DNA of 64,000 nt from an uncultured Candidatus Saccharibacteria bacterium (GTDB lineage: Bacteria; Patescibacteriota; Minisyncoccia; Phycocordibacterales; Phycocordibacteraceae): assembly GCA_964391975.1 (NCBI GenBank), contig CAYMNZ010000001.1, forward strand, positions 15,280 to 79,279, given 5' to 3'. Within the stretch, counting starts at the first letter, position 1. Each line of letters opens with the position of its first letter. Positions 40,123 to 50,003 of the stretch are shown here, in pieces. Both the position numbers and the translations under genes were made by a program. Below the pieces are notes generated by a model. The model saw only the letters and a list, made by a program, of their open reading frames with translations, made no database searches and had not been told where the DNA came from.

Positions 40123-40529
40123 TGGAGGTGGGGAGAATTGAACTCCCGTCCGAATCCGTCTTCGACAGCGACTCTACGACGCATAGTCCTGGTTAGAGAC
40201 TGGGGCAGGGTGCGAGGAACCAGAACGAAACCACTCCTGCCTGATCCCTTATTTAGAGAATACGTTCGGGAGGACGTACCTCGATTCCCTAGATGATTCC
40301 ACCCGGGCCGGACACTACGGAAGCTGAGCCGGTCGGATGTCGCTTAGGCGAGGCGTTTATGCAACGCGCGCGTAAGCGAACGCGAAATCGGACTTACTAA
40401 AGTAAGGCGAGATCACGCTTGCAAGAGTGTTCTTGGCAAGTTTGGGTGCCTGCGGGATTAAGGTGGTCAGCAGACTTCCACCGCGTCGCACGTCTGTCAA
40501 AGAGCAGACCGTCAAAACCGGTCACCCCC
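40123..40529 (-). ncRNA. ssrA: tmRNA
   Basis: 5' GGGGGTGACCGGTTTTGACG; 3' GGGAGTTCAATTCTCCCCACCTCCA with G3.U pair; internal tag ORF; adjacent to smpB. Confidence 0.95.
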
Positions 40530-40571
40530 GGAAAGGGCATTCTAGCTCGAGAACGCACTTTCCGGGAGCGG

Positions 40572-41024
40572 TCACTTGCGCCGCATCGCTCTATCCATAT
40601 CCCTCTTATCATCCTGACGTTTGAGGTCCTCTCTTCTGTCAGCCTTGCCTTTGCCTTTCACGATGGCAACCTGCACCTTTACGTATTTATTATTATACAA
40701 CGATAATGGCACTACTGTCAAGCCTTTCTTGGATTCAGCCTCAGCAAGCTGCGCAATCTCGCTCTTCTTAAGGAGGAGGCGGCGAGTGCGGTCGGGTTCG
40801 TAGGACTTGGCGGTGTTGCTCGCCTGGTAGGGAGGAATGGTCATGCCAACGAGGTATGCCTCACCCCCGCGCACAATGACGCGTGCGCCGTCGAGTGAGC
40901 CGTGCTTCCCACGAAGCGCTTTCACTTCGCTCCCAGATAGCTCAAGGCCAGCCGAGTAGGTCTCGACCAAGGTGTAGCGCATGCGCGCCTTCTTGTTCTC
41001 TATAAGTAGTGCATCTGGTTTCAT
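40572..41024 (-). CDS. smpB: SsrA-binding protein SmpB
   Basis: NKKAR..Y..AGLELSGSEVKALR, RTRRLLL, GLTVVPL. Confidence 0.97.
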   Translation of the reverse strand: MKPDALLIENKKARMRYTLVETYSAGLELSGSEVKALRGKHGSLDGARVIVRGGEAYLVGMTIPPYQASNTAKSYEPDRTRRLLLKKSEIAQLAEAESKKGLTVVPLSLYNNKYVKVQVAIVKGKGKADRREDLKRQDDKRDMDRAMRRK

Positions 41025-41058
41025 AAAGCTATCCTCCTATTGTATAGTGTCTTCTACT

Positions 41059-42972
41059 ATGGCGCCTACAGGCAAACAGACTCCGTCCGGGAAGAAGGGA
41101 CGGAAGGGTTCTACGCGCGGACGTGGTCTTATCCCGTCTCCCGGGAAGCCCGGATTCATGGGGAACCTCCTCTCCACCATCCTGGTGTTCCTTATTCTCA
41201 TGAGTGTCTACTCCTTCCTCATGACGGGGACCGAGGAGACCAAGAAGATTGCGCTCTCGCAGGTAGCCAACGACGTGAAGGCGGGACTGGTGACCGAGAT
41301 TGAGGTTGCGGGCGACACCCTTAAGGTGACGTACGCCGACACGACAGTGAAGGAATCCCAGAAGAGTCCCGAGGCAGGACTCCCAGAGACACTCGCAGCG
41401 TATGGTGTTGAGCCTGACGATCTCTCAAAGATTGCCATTGATATCACCGGGGAATCTGGTTGGCGCTTCTGGCTCGCAACACTTCTTCCAATTGCAATTC
41501 CTATTCTTTTCCTCGCAGTGTTGTTCTGGTTCCTCGCACGCCAGGTGAAGGGGGCAGGTATGCAGGCGTTTACCTTCGGGCAGTCGAAGGCAAAGATGAT
41601 TGACCCATCGGACGCCAACAATCGCGTGACCTTCGCGGATGTTGCGGGTGCTAAGGAAGCGAAGGAAGAGCTTCTTGAGATTGTGGACTTCCTCAAGAAC
41701 CCAAAGAAGTTCCTTGATATCGGTGCACGTATTCCAAAGGGCATCCTCCTTATGGGTGCACCGGGAACGGGCAAGACTCTTCTTGCTCGCGCAGTTGCCG
41801 GAGAGGCAGGCGTACCGTTCTTCTCCATCTCGGGTTCTGAATTTGTTGAGATGTTCGTTGGTGTTGGTGCCTCTCGTGTGCGTGACCTCTTCCAGCTTGC
41901 AAAGCGTTCTGCTCCGGCAATCATCTTCGTGGATGAAATTGATGCGGTGGGACGTGTGCGCGGCGGGGGAACAGGTGGCGGCAACGACGAGCGCGAGCAG
42001 ACCTTGAACCAGATTCTTGTGGAGATGGATGGCTTCGAGCCTACTGAAAAGGTGATTGTCATGGCGGCAACCAACCGTCCCGACGTGCTCGACCCGGCGC
42101 TTCTTCGCCCAGGACGCTTTGATAGGCGCGTGACGATTGACCTTCCAGATCGTAAGGACCGTGTGGCTATCCTCACCGTTCACGCTCGCAAGAAGCCGTT
42201 TGGTCCTGATGTGAACCTTGAAGTTATTGCCGAGCGCACGCCAGGCTTCTCAGGTGCTGAACTCTACTCACTCATGAACGAGGGCGCCATTCTCGCTGCA
42301 CGCGAAGACCGCAAAGAGGTAACGCAGTACGATCTTCTTCGTTCTATCGAGAAGGTCATGCTCGGTCCCGAGCGGAAGTCGCACCTGCTTTCTCTAAAGG
42401 AGAAGAAGGTCACTGCCTTCCACGAGATGGGGCACGCACTCGTATCTTCTATCCTTCCGTACGCAGACCCAGTGCATAAGGTTTCCATCATTTCTCGTGG
42501 GCGTGCAGCCGGCTACACCCTTAAGCTTCCATTTGAAGACAAGAAGATGCAGTCGAAGAAGCAGTTCCTTGATGACATCGCAGCTACGCTCGGTGGCTAC
42601 GTCGCAGAGAACCTCGTCTTTGATGACGTGACGACTGGTCCGCACAACGATCTTTCCGTTGCAACCGCGCTTGCTCGCGACATGGTGTCGCGCTACGGCA
42701 TGAGTGATCTTGGTCCAGTAGCATTCGGCAATGACCGCACCATTGAAGCTAACTACTCTCAGGAGGTAGCCGCAAAGATAGACGCCGAGGTTTCGCTCAT
42801 CATCGAGGAGGCGAAGGACAAGGCATACAAGGTGCTTACCGGCCACCGCAAGGCACTCGACATGATGAGCGCAAAGCTCATAGAAGTAGAAACGCTTGAG
42901 CGCGAGGAGTTTGAGAAGCTTCTTATCCTCAACGGCATTACGCCGAAATCAAAGGAAGAGGAGGCGGCCTAA
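41059..42972 (+). CDS. ftsH: ATP-dependent zinc metalloprotease FtsH
   Basis: 2 [26 protein letters not shown]. Confidence 0.98.
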   Translation: MAPTGKQTPSGKKGRKGSTRGRGLIPSPGKPGFMGNLLSTILVFLILMSVYSFLMTGTEETKKIALSQVANDVKAGLVTEIEVAGDTLKVTYADTTVKESQKSPEAGLPETLAAYGVEPDDLSKIAIDITGESGWRFWLATLLPIAIPILFLAVLFWFLARQVKGAGMQAFTFGQSKAKMIDPSDANNRVTFADVAGAKEAKEELLEIVDFLKNPKKFLDIGARIPKGILLMGAPGTGKTLLARAVAGEAGVPFFSISGSEFVEMFVGVGASRVRDLFQLAKRSAPAIIFVDEIDAVGRVRGGGTGGGNDEREQTLNQILVEMDGFEPTEKVIVMAATNRPDVLDPALLRPGRFDRRVTIDLPDRKDRVAILTVHARKKPFGPDVNLEVIAERTPGFSGAELYSLMNEGAILAAREDRKEVTQYDLLRSIEKVMLGPERKSHLLSLKEKKVTAFHEMGHALVSSILPYADPVHKVSIISRGRAAGYTLKLPFEDKKMQSKKQFLDDIAATLGGYVAENLVFDDVTTGPHNDLSVATALARDMVSRYGMSDLGPVAFGNDRTIEANYSQEVAAKIDAEVSLIIEEAKDKAYKVLTGHRKALDMMSAKLIEVETLEREEFEKLLILNGITPKSKEEEAA

Positions 42973-42974
42973 AC

Positions 42975-43331
42975 ATGCCCGAAGGATTCGACATCGATAA
43001 GTCTGTACCGGCCAACGACAACAGCTCTCCAGCACAAGAGGCGCAGACAGAGGCATTCCTTGCGGATTTGACACAGCGTCTTGAAGCACAAGGGCAGATA
43101 CTTTCCCTTGGAGCGGTCTTTGACGAGGCACTCAGGAAACTTGAAGTATATGTATATAGCCCAGGCGCTAAGCACGAGGTCGCGGCTTCACTCTTTAACC
43201 GGACACTTGCCGTCTGGGACGCTTTAAGCGCAGAAAAAGCAGCAGCGTCCGACTCGTTCGCCTACGATCAGGCGGCGGAAGAAAAACAGAAGCAGATTGT
43301 CGCACTGCGCGAGAAGATAGCGGCGCTGTAG
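42975..43331 (+). CDS. Hypothetical protein
   Basis: ORF 2 nt after ftsH stop. Confidence 0.65.
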   Translation: MPEGFDIDKSVPANDNSSPAQEAQTEAFLADLTQRLEAQGQILSLGAVFDEALRKLEVYVYSPGAKHEVAASLFNRTLAVWDALSAEKAAASDSFAYDQAAEEKQKQIVALREKIAAL

Positions 43332-43335
43332 TATC

Positions 43336-43412
43336 TGGTCCACCCGCTTGGACTCGAACCAAGGACCCTCGAGGTATAAGCTCGATGCTCTAACCAGCTG
43401 AGCTACGGGTGG
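43336..43412 (-). tRNA. tRNA-Ile (anticodon UAU)
   Basis: Cloverleaf CCACCCG...CGGGTGG-A-CCA; anticodon arm TCGAG-CTTATAC-CTCGA. Confidence 0.93.
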
Positions 43413-43451
43413 ATTTTTGTACTCTAGCGCATCCCCAGGGGCGATGCACGT

Positions 43452-44321
43452 TCACTCCTCGTCAATACTAAGCGTGAGGATATTCTTTCCGTACTCACCT
43501 TCGTCACCGTGGGGAAGAAGCTCGAACTCCGCGGTTGTAGAAGCCCCTGTCTTGAGCTGTTGCCGGGCACGTATCTCGAGAACCTGTCCCTTCTTAATAT
43601 TCTCTCGAGTACTCAATACTTCTCCCATGAGACGTGAGGGCACTTCCTCATGTGTGACCGCTATGATGCGGAGACGCTTACCCTCGAGCCGTGCCTTGGT
43701 AGCGGCATCAAGGTACCTGTTGATGTTGGTTGCGTGTCGGATGAAGCGCTTTAGGCGTGCGTCGATGTCTTGGTAGTCTTCGGTGAATATGTCTGAGAGT
43801 TCGCGACCCAGTGCGGCAGCGATCTTTTCATGGGCTTGTTCAGGGGGAAGTTTCGTATGTAGTTGCGCTTCTGCACGGAACGCCCCGTCCGCGACTATCC
43901 AGTCTGCGCGGTCGCCTTGATCCTTGAAGTTTATCTGCCGAAGGTTGTTCACGATACGTAGGTTCTCCTCCCGAGGAAGCAGCATGCTTACACCTGCCGC
44001 CCGTAACTCTTCGTCGATGAGAAGGTCAGTCGACTGCGCGCGGAAGTTGGGACTCGTGAGGATGAGGACGACCTCGTTCTTCTTGTCTATCTTTGCGGCA
44101 AGCTGCTTTCCCGTATTTCGTATTATCTCGATACCCTCCTCGGTGAGGTCCAAATGTTCGACATCGAGCTTAAACCCTTCAGCAGTCGGGTCAAACACGA
44201 ACGAAGGGTCCTTAAGTTCCTTGTATACGGTTGGTCCGTGTCGAACGATGTCGATGATGGGAACTATTGGGTCTTGTTCTTTAGATTCTTGTTGGCGGAA
44301 CGGTTCGATTCGAAATGACAT
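43452..44321 (-). CDS. Histidine phosphatase superfamily-like protein
   Basis: IVRHG, TSPNFRAQST, AVTHE motifs. Confidence 0.7.
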   Translation of the reverse strand: MSFRIEPFRQQESKEQDPIVPIIDIVRHGPTVYKELKDPSFVFDPTAEGFKLDVEHLDLTEEGIEIIRNTGKQLAAKIDKKNEVVLILTSPNFRAQSTDLLIDEELRAAGVSMLLPREENLRIVNNLRQINFKDQGDRADWIVADGAFRAEAQLHTKLPPEQAHEKIAAALGRELSDIFTEDYQDIDARLKRFIRHATNINRYLDAATKARLEGKRLRIIAVTHEEVPSRLMGEVLSTRENIKKGQVLEIRARQQLKTGASTTAEFELLPHGDEGEYGKNILTLSIDEE

Positions 44322-44324
44322 AGG

Positions 44325-45305
44325 TTATACAAACAGAGTAGCAAACTTCTCCTTTGAGATATGCAGGTTCCGTTGCGTAGCGAGCAGGTGCTTCACCTCC
44401 CACAGCATGTAGTCCTGAGGAATGCGGAGGGTCGGGAAGTCCTTCGAGTGGTGCACATACGGGTTCACGATGAAGTGGGAAAGGATATTGTAATGGAAGA
44501 CGGTAAAGAAGGCGGCACGCTCGGCCCCTGAGAGCGGTCGCTCCTTCGTGTATGCCTTGTAGATGATTCGTGCCTTACGGAAATCGAAGCGTCCATTATG
44601 TGAGCACCACCACATAAGCGTGTTCGCAAGGTCCAGTAGCAGCGGGCCGGTGTAGGAATTATCGAAATCGACGACGCCCGAAAGGCGTCCGTTTCTGAAG
44701 AGTGCGTTCTCCGGCTTCAAATCTATGTGCATGGCCCCTCGTGGGAGATTCTTTGGGAGTTCGTACGAAAGGAGTTGGTCGCCCGCATACGCGATAGCTT
44801 CTGCGAGTATGGGGTGCTTCTCCTTTGATGCATCCTTCAGAATCTTGGCCAGGTTTTTTGAAGGCATATCGTAGTATTCAATGCGCGGTATCTTCGAAGA
44901 GAATCCTCGGGTCTGGAGATGAAGTTTGCCGAGGAACGTGCCGACTCCACGTAACATGGTGTCAGTGAACCGCTTCCGTTCGATTCCGGGTAGGAATGGA
45001 TACAGGAAAGACTTGTATCCTTTGAAGTCGCGAAGGTAGGTACCGTCTTTGGCGCGTACTGGTTGCGGAATCGGAAGGTGCTTCACGTGCCGCAGCAGCT
45101 CTATTTCGTAACCAACACGCACCGGGTTATTCCGTATAGCAATCTTAAATGTATAGTCTCCGGTCGTCGTTCGAATACGATAGAGGGCGTTGCCGAGCCC
45201 TTTCTTCATCTTTGAATAGGAATGAAGCTTTCCCAGTTCGTAGTGTTGGGCAAGATGGCGCTCAAGCTCTTGCTTGGTGACTGAAGGCCCGACGATAAGA
45301 CTCAT
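44325..45305 (-). CDS. APH/type II homoserine kinase-like phosphotransferase
   Basis: LGKLH, MHIDLKPEN, VVDFD, DLA. Confidence 0.85.
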   Translation of the reverse strand: MSLIVGPSVTKQELERHLAQHYELGKLHSYSKMKKGLGNALYRIRTTTGDYTFKIAIRNNPVRVGYEIELLRHVKHLPIPQPVRAKDGTYLRDFKGYKSFLYPFLPGIERKRFTDTMLRGVGTFLGKLHLQTRGFSSKIPRIEYYDMPSKNLAKILKDASKEKHPILAEAIAYAGDQLLSYELPKNLPRGAMHIDLKPENALFRNGRLSGVVDFDNSYTGPLLLDLANTLMWWCSHNGRFDFRKARIIYKAYTKERPLSGAERAAFFTVFHYNILSHFIVNPYVHHSKDFPTLRIPQDYMLWEVKHLLATQRNLHISKEKFATLFV

Positions 45306-45317
45306 GCGGAAATGATA

Positions 45318-47513
45318 TCACTCAGGGTGCACGCTCTCATCCGCACGCGCGGCAATCATTGCTAGCCTCGGATATTTCTTGAGCTCAGGGTCTGCCTTTA
45401 TAAGTGCAGACGCTTCTTTCCTTGCCGCCTCTACCATCTTTATATTCTTGAGCGCTTCCATAGCGATGTCTGAGACACCCCACTGGCGTGCTCCCGTGAG
45501 TTCTCCAGCACCACGCAGCGCGAGGTCGTACTCAGCAAGTTCAAAGCCGTTCTTTGCGGTAACGAGTGCTTTGAGACGGTCTCTAGTTGCTGGACCGTAT
45601 TTCTCCGGAAGCACGAAGCAGTACGCTTGGTCAGTGGAGCGTATGACGCGCCCGCGCAGCTGATGGAGCTGTGCGAGCCCAAAACGCTCTGCTCCCTCTA
45701 TAAGGATGACGGTAGCGTTTGGGACGTTCACGCCCACCTCCACCACCGAGGTGGCGACCAGTATCTTTACTTCACCCTTAGCGAAACGGTCCATGACCTC
45801 CTCCTTCGCCTTTGGAATCATCTTGCTGTGGAGGATGTCTATCTCCACATCCGGGAAGACGTCTTTCTTAAGGCGTGCAGCTTCTGCCTTCACTGACTTC
45901 GCCTGGAGCGCGAGTTCTTTGGTCGGGTCGGGTTCATCGATGCGCGGGCAGATGACGTACGCCTGGTGCCCGAGAGCGAGCTGTTCACGCACGCGCTCAT
46001 ATGCTCGCTCGCGCTTGTCGGGCCCGAGTGTCTCGGTAATGACGGGCTTACGTCCGGCAGGCATCTCATCAAGTAAGGAAAGATCGAGGTCTCCGTAGAT
46101 AGAGAGTGCGAGTGTGCGAGGAATCGGCGTAGCGGTCATGGAAAGCAAATGCGGAGAGAGTCCTTCCTTACGTACCAACTTCTGGCGGTGTGCCTTACCG
46201 AAGCGGTGCTGCTCGTCGATGATGGCGTAGGCCAGGTTCTGGAACTGGAGTGACTGGTACACAAGCGCGTGCGTACCAATGACAATAGGAATTTCACCGT
46301 TGGCTACCCACTTAGCAAACTGCGCGCGCGAAATCTTTGTTGACTCCTCTTTATGTATCTTGCTTGGGAACTTGCGGCACTCACTTCCCGTAATAAGGCC
46401 AATGGGAATGGGGTGCTGTTTGAAATAGGAAACGAAGGTGGAGAAGTGCTGCTTGGCGAGTATTTCAGTCGGGCACATGTAGGCAACCTGCAGGTATCCG
46501 CCGAGGCGGCGCTTCAGTATTCCTTTAGCACCCGTCTCAATTGCGGGATGAGAGCTTGCGACCATGTACGCGGTTGCTGCAGCAACGGCAGTCTTTCCGC
46601 TACCCACGTCTCCCTCAAGCAGACGGCGCATGGGGTGCGACTCCTCGAAGTTAGCGACGATATCTTCAATGGCACGGCTCTGCGCTTTGGTCGGGGGGAA
46701 GGGGAAGGAGGCGACGAAGTCAGCGAGTGCTTTGCGGTTAGCGTCCACTGGGAGCGCACGTTCCTTGAGTGACTTCGCTTTGTTTGATTGCACGGCAAGT
46801 TGAATTGCAAACACTTCCTCAAATGCGAAGCGCTTCTTCGCGACGTCAGCGTCCTTCTGCTGCTTAGGCGCATGTATCCAGACAAGGGCGGTAGAAAGTC
46901 CGGGAAGGTTATAGCGGTCGAGGATGTCTTGAGGGATTGGGTCTTCAATTGTTTCGTGTGCTCTAGCTTCAAACACGCGTTTCATCGCGTGGAGCAACCA
47001 GAGAGAGGAAATACCCTTGCTCTCTGAGTAGATAGGGTAGAGCGCTTCACCGTCTGGCAGTTCGCTGTGCGCGAAGAGGTTGTCGACTGCCTCTTCAGGA
47101 CGTACGGCAGAGCGGTCTACCGCAGGGTTCGCAATATAGGGAGAAGACGAAGAGCCCGTCACTTTCCCCGTTACCTTCACCACCTGGCCATCGGTGAGCA
47201 TCTTTGCGATGTAGGGTTGGGAGAACCAACGGAGCTTGATGCGACCGCTTGCGTCCTCAAGCCACGCTTCTGCCATCGGTCGGCGACTCTTCCACGCCTT
47301 CTTGGTCTCAGGTTTGCGGATGGTGCCGTAGAGGGTGACCTCGCCACCGAAGGTTGCACCTGAAATAGTGCCCGCAGGTCCAGCTGCTTCGTAGCGAGCA
47401 GGGTAGTGGTAGAGGAGATCGCGAATCGTTTGAATGCCAAGCTTTACAAGCGCCTTTTTCTGCTCTGGCTTGAGGCGAGTGAAGTGCTTTTCGATCGGGT
47501 CTCCGGGCAACAT
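45318..47513 (-). CDS. recG: ATP-dependent DNA helicase RecG
   Basis: GDVGSGKT, DEQHRFG, MTATPIPRTL, QLRGRV. Confidence 0.97.
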   Translation of the reverse strand: MLPGDPIEKHFTRLKPEQKKALVKLGIQTIRDLLYHYPARYEAAGPAGTISGATFGGEVTLYGTIRKPETKKAWKSRRPMAEAWLEDASGRIKLRWFSQPYIAKMLTDGQVVKVTGKVTGSSSSPYIANPAVDRSAVRPEEAVDNLFAHSELPDGEALYPIYSESKGISSLWLLHAMKRVFEARAHETIEDPIPQDILDRYNLPGLSTALVWIHAPKQQKDADVAKKRFAFEEVFAIQLAVQSNKAKSLKERALPVDANRKALADFVASFPFPPTKAQSRAIEDIVANFEESHPMRRLLEGDVGSGKTAVAAATAYMVASSHPAIETGAKGILKRRLGGYLQVAYMCPTEILAKQHFSTFVSYFKQHPIPIGLITGSECRKFPSKIHKEESTKISRAQFAKWVANGEIPIVIGTHALVYQSLQFQNLAYAIIDEQHRFGKAHRQKLVRKEGLSPHLLSMTATPIPRTLALSIYGDLDLSLLDEMPAGRKPVITETLGPDKRERAYERVREQLALGHQAYVICPRIDEPDPTKELALQAKSVKAEAARLKKDVFPDVEIDILHSKMIPKAKEEVMDRFAKGEVKILVATSVVEVGVNVPNATVILIEGAERFGLAQLHQLRGRVIRSTDQAYCFVLPEKYGPATRDRLKALVTAKNGFELAEYDLALRGAGELTGARQWGVSDIAMEALKNIKMVEAARKEASALIKADPELKKYPRLAMIAARADESVHPE

Positions 47514-47567
47514 GCCTACAGTATATCGCTCGTTTACAGGAGACCCTTTCTGTTGCATAGTCCCTCT

Positions 47568-48401
47568 ATGAACAAACTCATTACCGGTGCGCTCGTGCTT
47601 GCTGTCCTTCTTATTCCTTCAGGAGCACTTGCTGCTACAAAAAAGCCATCCGTCACTGTCGTAGTTCCTACGAAGGGAGCAAGCTACGACCGCTTGGCGA
47701 AGATGCCAGTTTCATTCGAGTATGAGAACGTGACCCGTCCTATGGTCGTGGTTACGAACTTCAAGCTCGTGAAGCAGGACACCAAGCACCCCGGTATAGG
47801 CTTTAGCTCCGGAAGCGGCTACCAGCACACGCTCTACACTGGCCAGACCACTGGAGGTTTTGTGCACGACTGGGGACTCAACTCCACCATCCCAGGAAAG
47901 TACGAGGTCCGCGCTGAGCTCCGTGAATGTAACCCCAAGGGATGCGATATGGCACCAGCCGGTAAACTTCTCTCCAAGAAAGGGAAGGCGGTAACGTTTA
48001 CCGTACGCAATGATGCAGGCACGACGATTGAATCGACTGGAGACACCGGCACTACGGTTGACCTCACTTCTCCTGATGGTGGCGAATCCTATGTTGCAGG
48101 TTCAAACAAGAAACTTGCTATCAAATGGGTTGCAGCAGGTGTTCCAAAGGGCGCTACTGTCTGCACCATTCTTGAGAAGCGCGGTACGGGCGGGATGTTC
48201 GCATTCCCAGGTGAGAAGTCCTGCAAGAAGGCAAAGAACGGTAAGGATTCGGTGAGCGGGAAGCTCATTCAGACCGCAGGCTACGACCTCGGTCCCGGTG
48301 ATTACTGGGCACGCGTTACCATCGGCGCAAAAGCGTCAGGAGGCAAGGACGGCGCAACGCTCGCGCAGGATATTAGCGAGTCGTTCTTCACGCTTCGTTA
48401 G
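47568..48401 (+). CDS. Secreted hypothetical protein (Ig-like beta domains)
   Basis: Signal peptide; SPDGGESY..IKW motif. Confidence 0.7.
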   Translation: MNKLITGALVLAVLLIPSGALAATKKPSVTVVVPTKGASYDRLAKMPVSFEYENVTRPMVVVTNFKLVKQDTKHPGIGFSSGSGYQHTLYTGQTTGGFVHDWGLNSTIPGKYEVRAELRECNPKGCDMAPAGKLLSKKGKAVTFTVRNDAGTTIESTGDTGTTVDLTSPDGGESYVAGSNKKLAIKWVAAGVPKGATVCTILEKRGTGGMFAFPGEKSCKKAKNGKDSVSGKLIQTAGYDLGPGDYWARVTIGAKASGGKDGATLAQDISESFFTLR

Positions 48402-48443
48402 CTTCCCCCATTCTTCATACCTCTCGTGCGGTACTATAGGGAC

Positions 48444-49595
48444 ATGAAGGTCCTCGTTGTAGCGCTGCTTCTCTTTATCGCTTTCGGAGCGCCTGTAGCG
48501 GACGCTTCCACCGCAAGCGCTGACTTGCTTCGCGCTCGTTATGAGCTTGCAGGAACAGGAGGTGAGAAGGTCCGCGTCCTCGTGATGCCCGGACATGAGC
48601 CAGGTTACGGCGGCGCCGAATATCGAGGCATCCGCGAGCGAGATATTGCGGTTGAGATAGCAGACAAGCTTGCGACAGAGTTGCGTAAGGACCCGAGACT
48701 TGAGGTGTTTGTTGCGCGCGACGCTCTTTCCTGGAATCAGGAACTCTCTACGTACTTCGAAAAGAATTGGAAAGGTATACAGAAGTTCGTGAAGGCACAA
48801 AAGAGAGCGATGGAGAGACTTCTCAAGGAAGGAGAAGTCGAGGATCGAGAGTTTGAGGTTGCGCACAACACTGCCGCGACCGATGTAGCGCTACGCCTCT
48901 ATGGCATCAATAAGTGGGGGAACGAAAACGATATCGACCTTGCCATTCACGTGCACTTAAACGACAACCTTGGCCATGGGTTAAGTGCGCCTGGATTCCA
49001 TTCCGGATTTGCGGTCTATGTTCCTGACGAGCACTACGGCAATGCGTCGGTCAGCCTTGCGCTCGGAGAAGCGGTTGCCTCTGAACTCAACCATTGGAAC
49101 GCAACGTCGACGCTTCCTATCGAGAACTATGGTGTGGTGCCGGACCAGGACCTGATTGCGCTCGGCTCGTTCAACACTGCCAACTTCGCGAGCATCCTTG
49201 TTGAGTACGCGTACATCTATGAATCAAAGATTTCATATCCGGAGGCACGCGGTACGGTCACCTCTGATTTCGCGTACCAGACCTATCGAGGTATCAAGAA
49301 GTTCTTTGGTGCACCCGTTGTGGGCGATGACACGCTCGCACTTCCGTACCCGTGGGTGACAGGGGAATTGGAAGTTGGTTCCTCAAGTCCGCAGGCCTAT
49401 GCGCTTCAGGTGGCGCTCCATAAGCTTGGCTTCTACCCTCCTGCGGGTGAACTTCTCATTGGCTGTCCGGTCTCAGGGTATGTGGGTGAGTGCACAGTGC
49501 GTGCGCTAAAGAGCTTCCAAGCAAGTAAGGGTCTCGAGCAAACAGGCTCAATTGGGCCTAAGACCAAGGCGGCTCTACAAGCGGCAGGTTTTTGA
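48444..49595 (+). CDS. N-acetylmuramoyl-L-alanine amidase with C-terminal peptidoglycan-binding domain
   Basis: PGHE..E, IHVHLN, LVEYAYI; LQ.AL..LG..T..AL..FQ...G.IGPKT. Confidence 0.85.
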   Translation: MKVLVVALLLFIAFGAPVADASTASADLLRARYELAGTGGEKVRVLVMPGHEPGYGGAEYRGIRERDIAVEIADKLATELRKDPRLEVFVARDALSWNQELSTYFEKNWKGIQKFVKAQKRAMERLLKEGEVEDREFEVAHNTAATDVALRLYGINKWGNENDIDLAIHVHLNDNLGHGLSAPGFHSGFAVYVPDEHYGNASVSLALGEAVASELNHWNATSTLPIENYGVVPDQDLIALGSFNTANFASILVEYAYIYESKISYPEARGTVTSDFAYQTYRGIKKFFGAPVVGDDTLALPYPWVTGELEVGSSSPQAYALQVALHKLGFYPPAGELLIGCPVSGYVGECTVRALKSFQASKGLEQTGSIGPKTKAALQAAGF

Positions 49596-49607
49596 TATAC
49601 TAGGGCG

Positions 49608-49931
49608 ATGAAGACATCCGCACTCGTGCTCGCAGCCCTTATCCTCCTCATGCCGTTCTCGGCAGACGCCGCAGCAAAGAAGACGAATATCACCTGTGAA
49701 GTGAGCGCATCCTCCAAAGTCGTGAAGAAGGGGGAGGCGGTTACGCTCTTTTGGAAGAGCTCGCACTCTATCCTCACGTACGGCCCGGATGGGGCTAAGA
49801 TTGCTCCGTTTGGGAGCATGGAGGTCAAGCCCGAAAAGCGCACCATCTATAAGTTCAAGTTCGTCGGTATAGGCGGCAACGAGAAGTGTGGCGTTCGGGT
49901 GCGCATTGCTGGCGAGACGGTTGCTCCGTAA
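49608..49931 (+). CDS. Small secreted basic protein
   Basis: Signal peptide; GEAVTLFWKS beta-domain motif. Confidence 0.7.
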   Translation: MKTSALVLAALILLMPFSADAAAKKTNITCEVSASSKVVKKGEAVTLFWKSSHSILTYGPDGAKIAPFGSMEVKPEKRTIYKFKFVGIGGNEKCGVRVRIAGETVAP

Positions 49932-50003
49932 CTATTCCCCACAGAGGCCTTGCCCTCGAGAGGGCCATGCTACGCTTAGGTCGTAAAACCTAACCGTACC
50001 CTT

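Noticed and set aside
43209-43221. Partial reverse-complement match to repeat B (GCCGTCTGGGACG)
   Set aside because: Short, inside a CDS and not at a gene boundary; probably chance.
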